Notes under the pieces: model-generated
What the model was told of the DNA's origin: nothing
What the model saw: the letters and a program-made list of their open reading frames with translations, nothing else
The model's database searches: none
Position numbers and translations under genes: made by a program
Source: Octopus bimaculoides
Taxonomy: Eukaryota
Reading direction: 5' to 3'
Length of the DNA stretch: 37,103 nt
Assembly: GCF_001194135.2 (NCBI RefSeq)
Contig: NC_068987.1
Span: forward strand, 1,705,456 to 1,742,558
Shown here: positions 36,645 through 37,103 of the stretch, one piece after another
Layout: each line of letters starts with the position of its first letter
How positions within the stretch are numbered: the stretch's first letter is position 1

Positions 36645-37067
36645 GTTTATGTGTATATGAATGTGCGGTTGAGTCTGTGTGTGTGTGCCTGTAAGATGAG
36701 AGAGAGAGAGTTAATCTAATGTCATTGAGAAAGCTAATTAGCTGACTGAGTTAATATAATCAGGTTATATAATGATATTCATTTAACGTTACTGATAGCA
36801 AGAAACATTGATAAACATTATTAGATATCGTTGAAGGAGAGCAGCGTAGTATACTGTTCTATGGATATGCACATATATATATATATNNNNNNNNNNTATA
36901 CACACACATACATAGACATTTACATACACCCACCACACATGTGTGCGTATGTATGTATAAATATATGTACGTATGTATACGTAAATGTCGAACGATGTAT
37001 GTATGTTTGTATATATATATATATATGTATGTATGTATACATATGTATATGCATGTACATATGTATG

Positions 37068-37103
<36 letters not shown>

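Noticed and set aside
69-37076. The many long ORFs in the supplied track ([24 protein letters not shown] and X-runs)
   Set aside because: They are translations of microsatellites or of N-gaps that contain no stop codons, and carry no coding evidence.

Overview
This is AT-rich, microsatellite-saturated animal genomic DNA from a fragmented short-read assembly. About 6 kb is N, and nearly every gap is flanked by (TA)n, (CA)n or (ATT)n. The SINE sequences and repeat landscape suggest an octopod cephalopod such as Octopus; this is an inference from recalled repeat families, not a database result. No host protein-coding gene can be identified, and almost all supplied ORFs are microsatellite or N-gap artefacts. 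The supportable content is a set of mostly dead mobile elements. (1) At least four tRNA-headed SINE types, one of them full length with a perfect 15-bp target-site duplication (5446-5770). (2) Decayed non-LTR fragments: an RTE RT C-terminus (about 19.85-20.25 kb), an R4/Dong-like RT (about 28.6-28.85 kb) and a Penelope-type GIY-YIG endonuclease (about 24.2-24.6 kb). (3) Two Tc1/mariner-superfamily relics: a maT/DD37D-like piece at about 30.5 kb and a mariner transposase pseudogene at about 33.7-34.6 kb. The most interesting unexplained items are a GC-rich island with overlapping antisense ORFs next to a 23-bp minisatellite carrying four TCACGTGA E-boxes (1.6-2.25 kb), and a degenerate minimal hammerhead-ribozyme-like motif (28035-28062, minus). 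Two exact duplications next to gaps are probably assembly errors. I found no convincing evidence of a novel multi-gene system.
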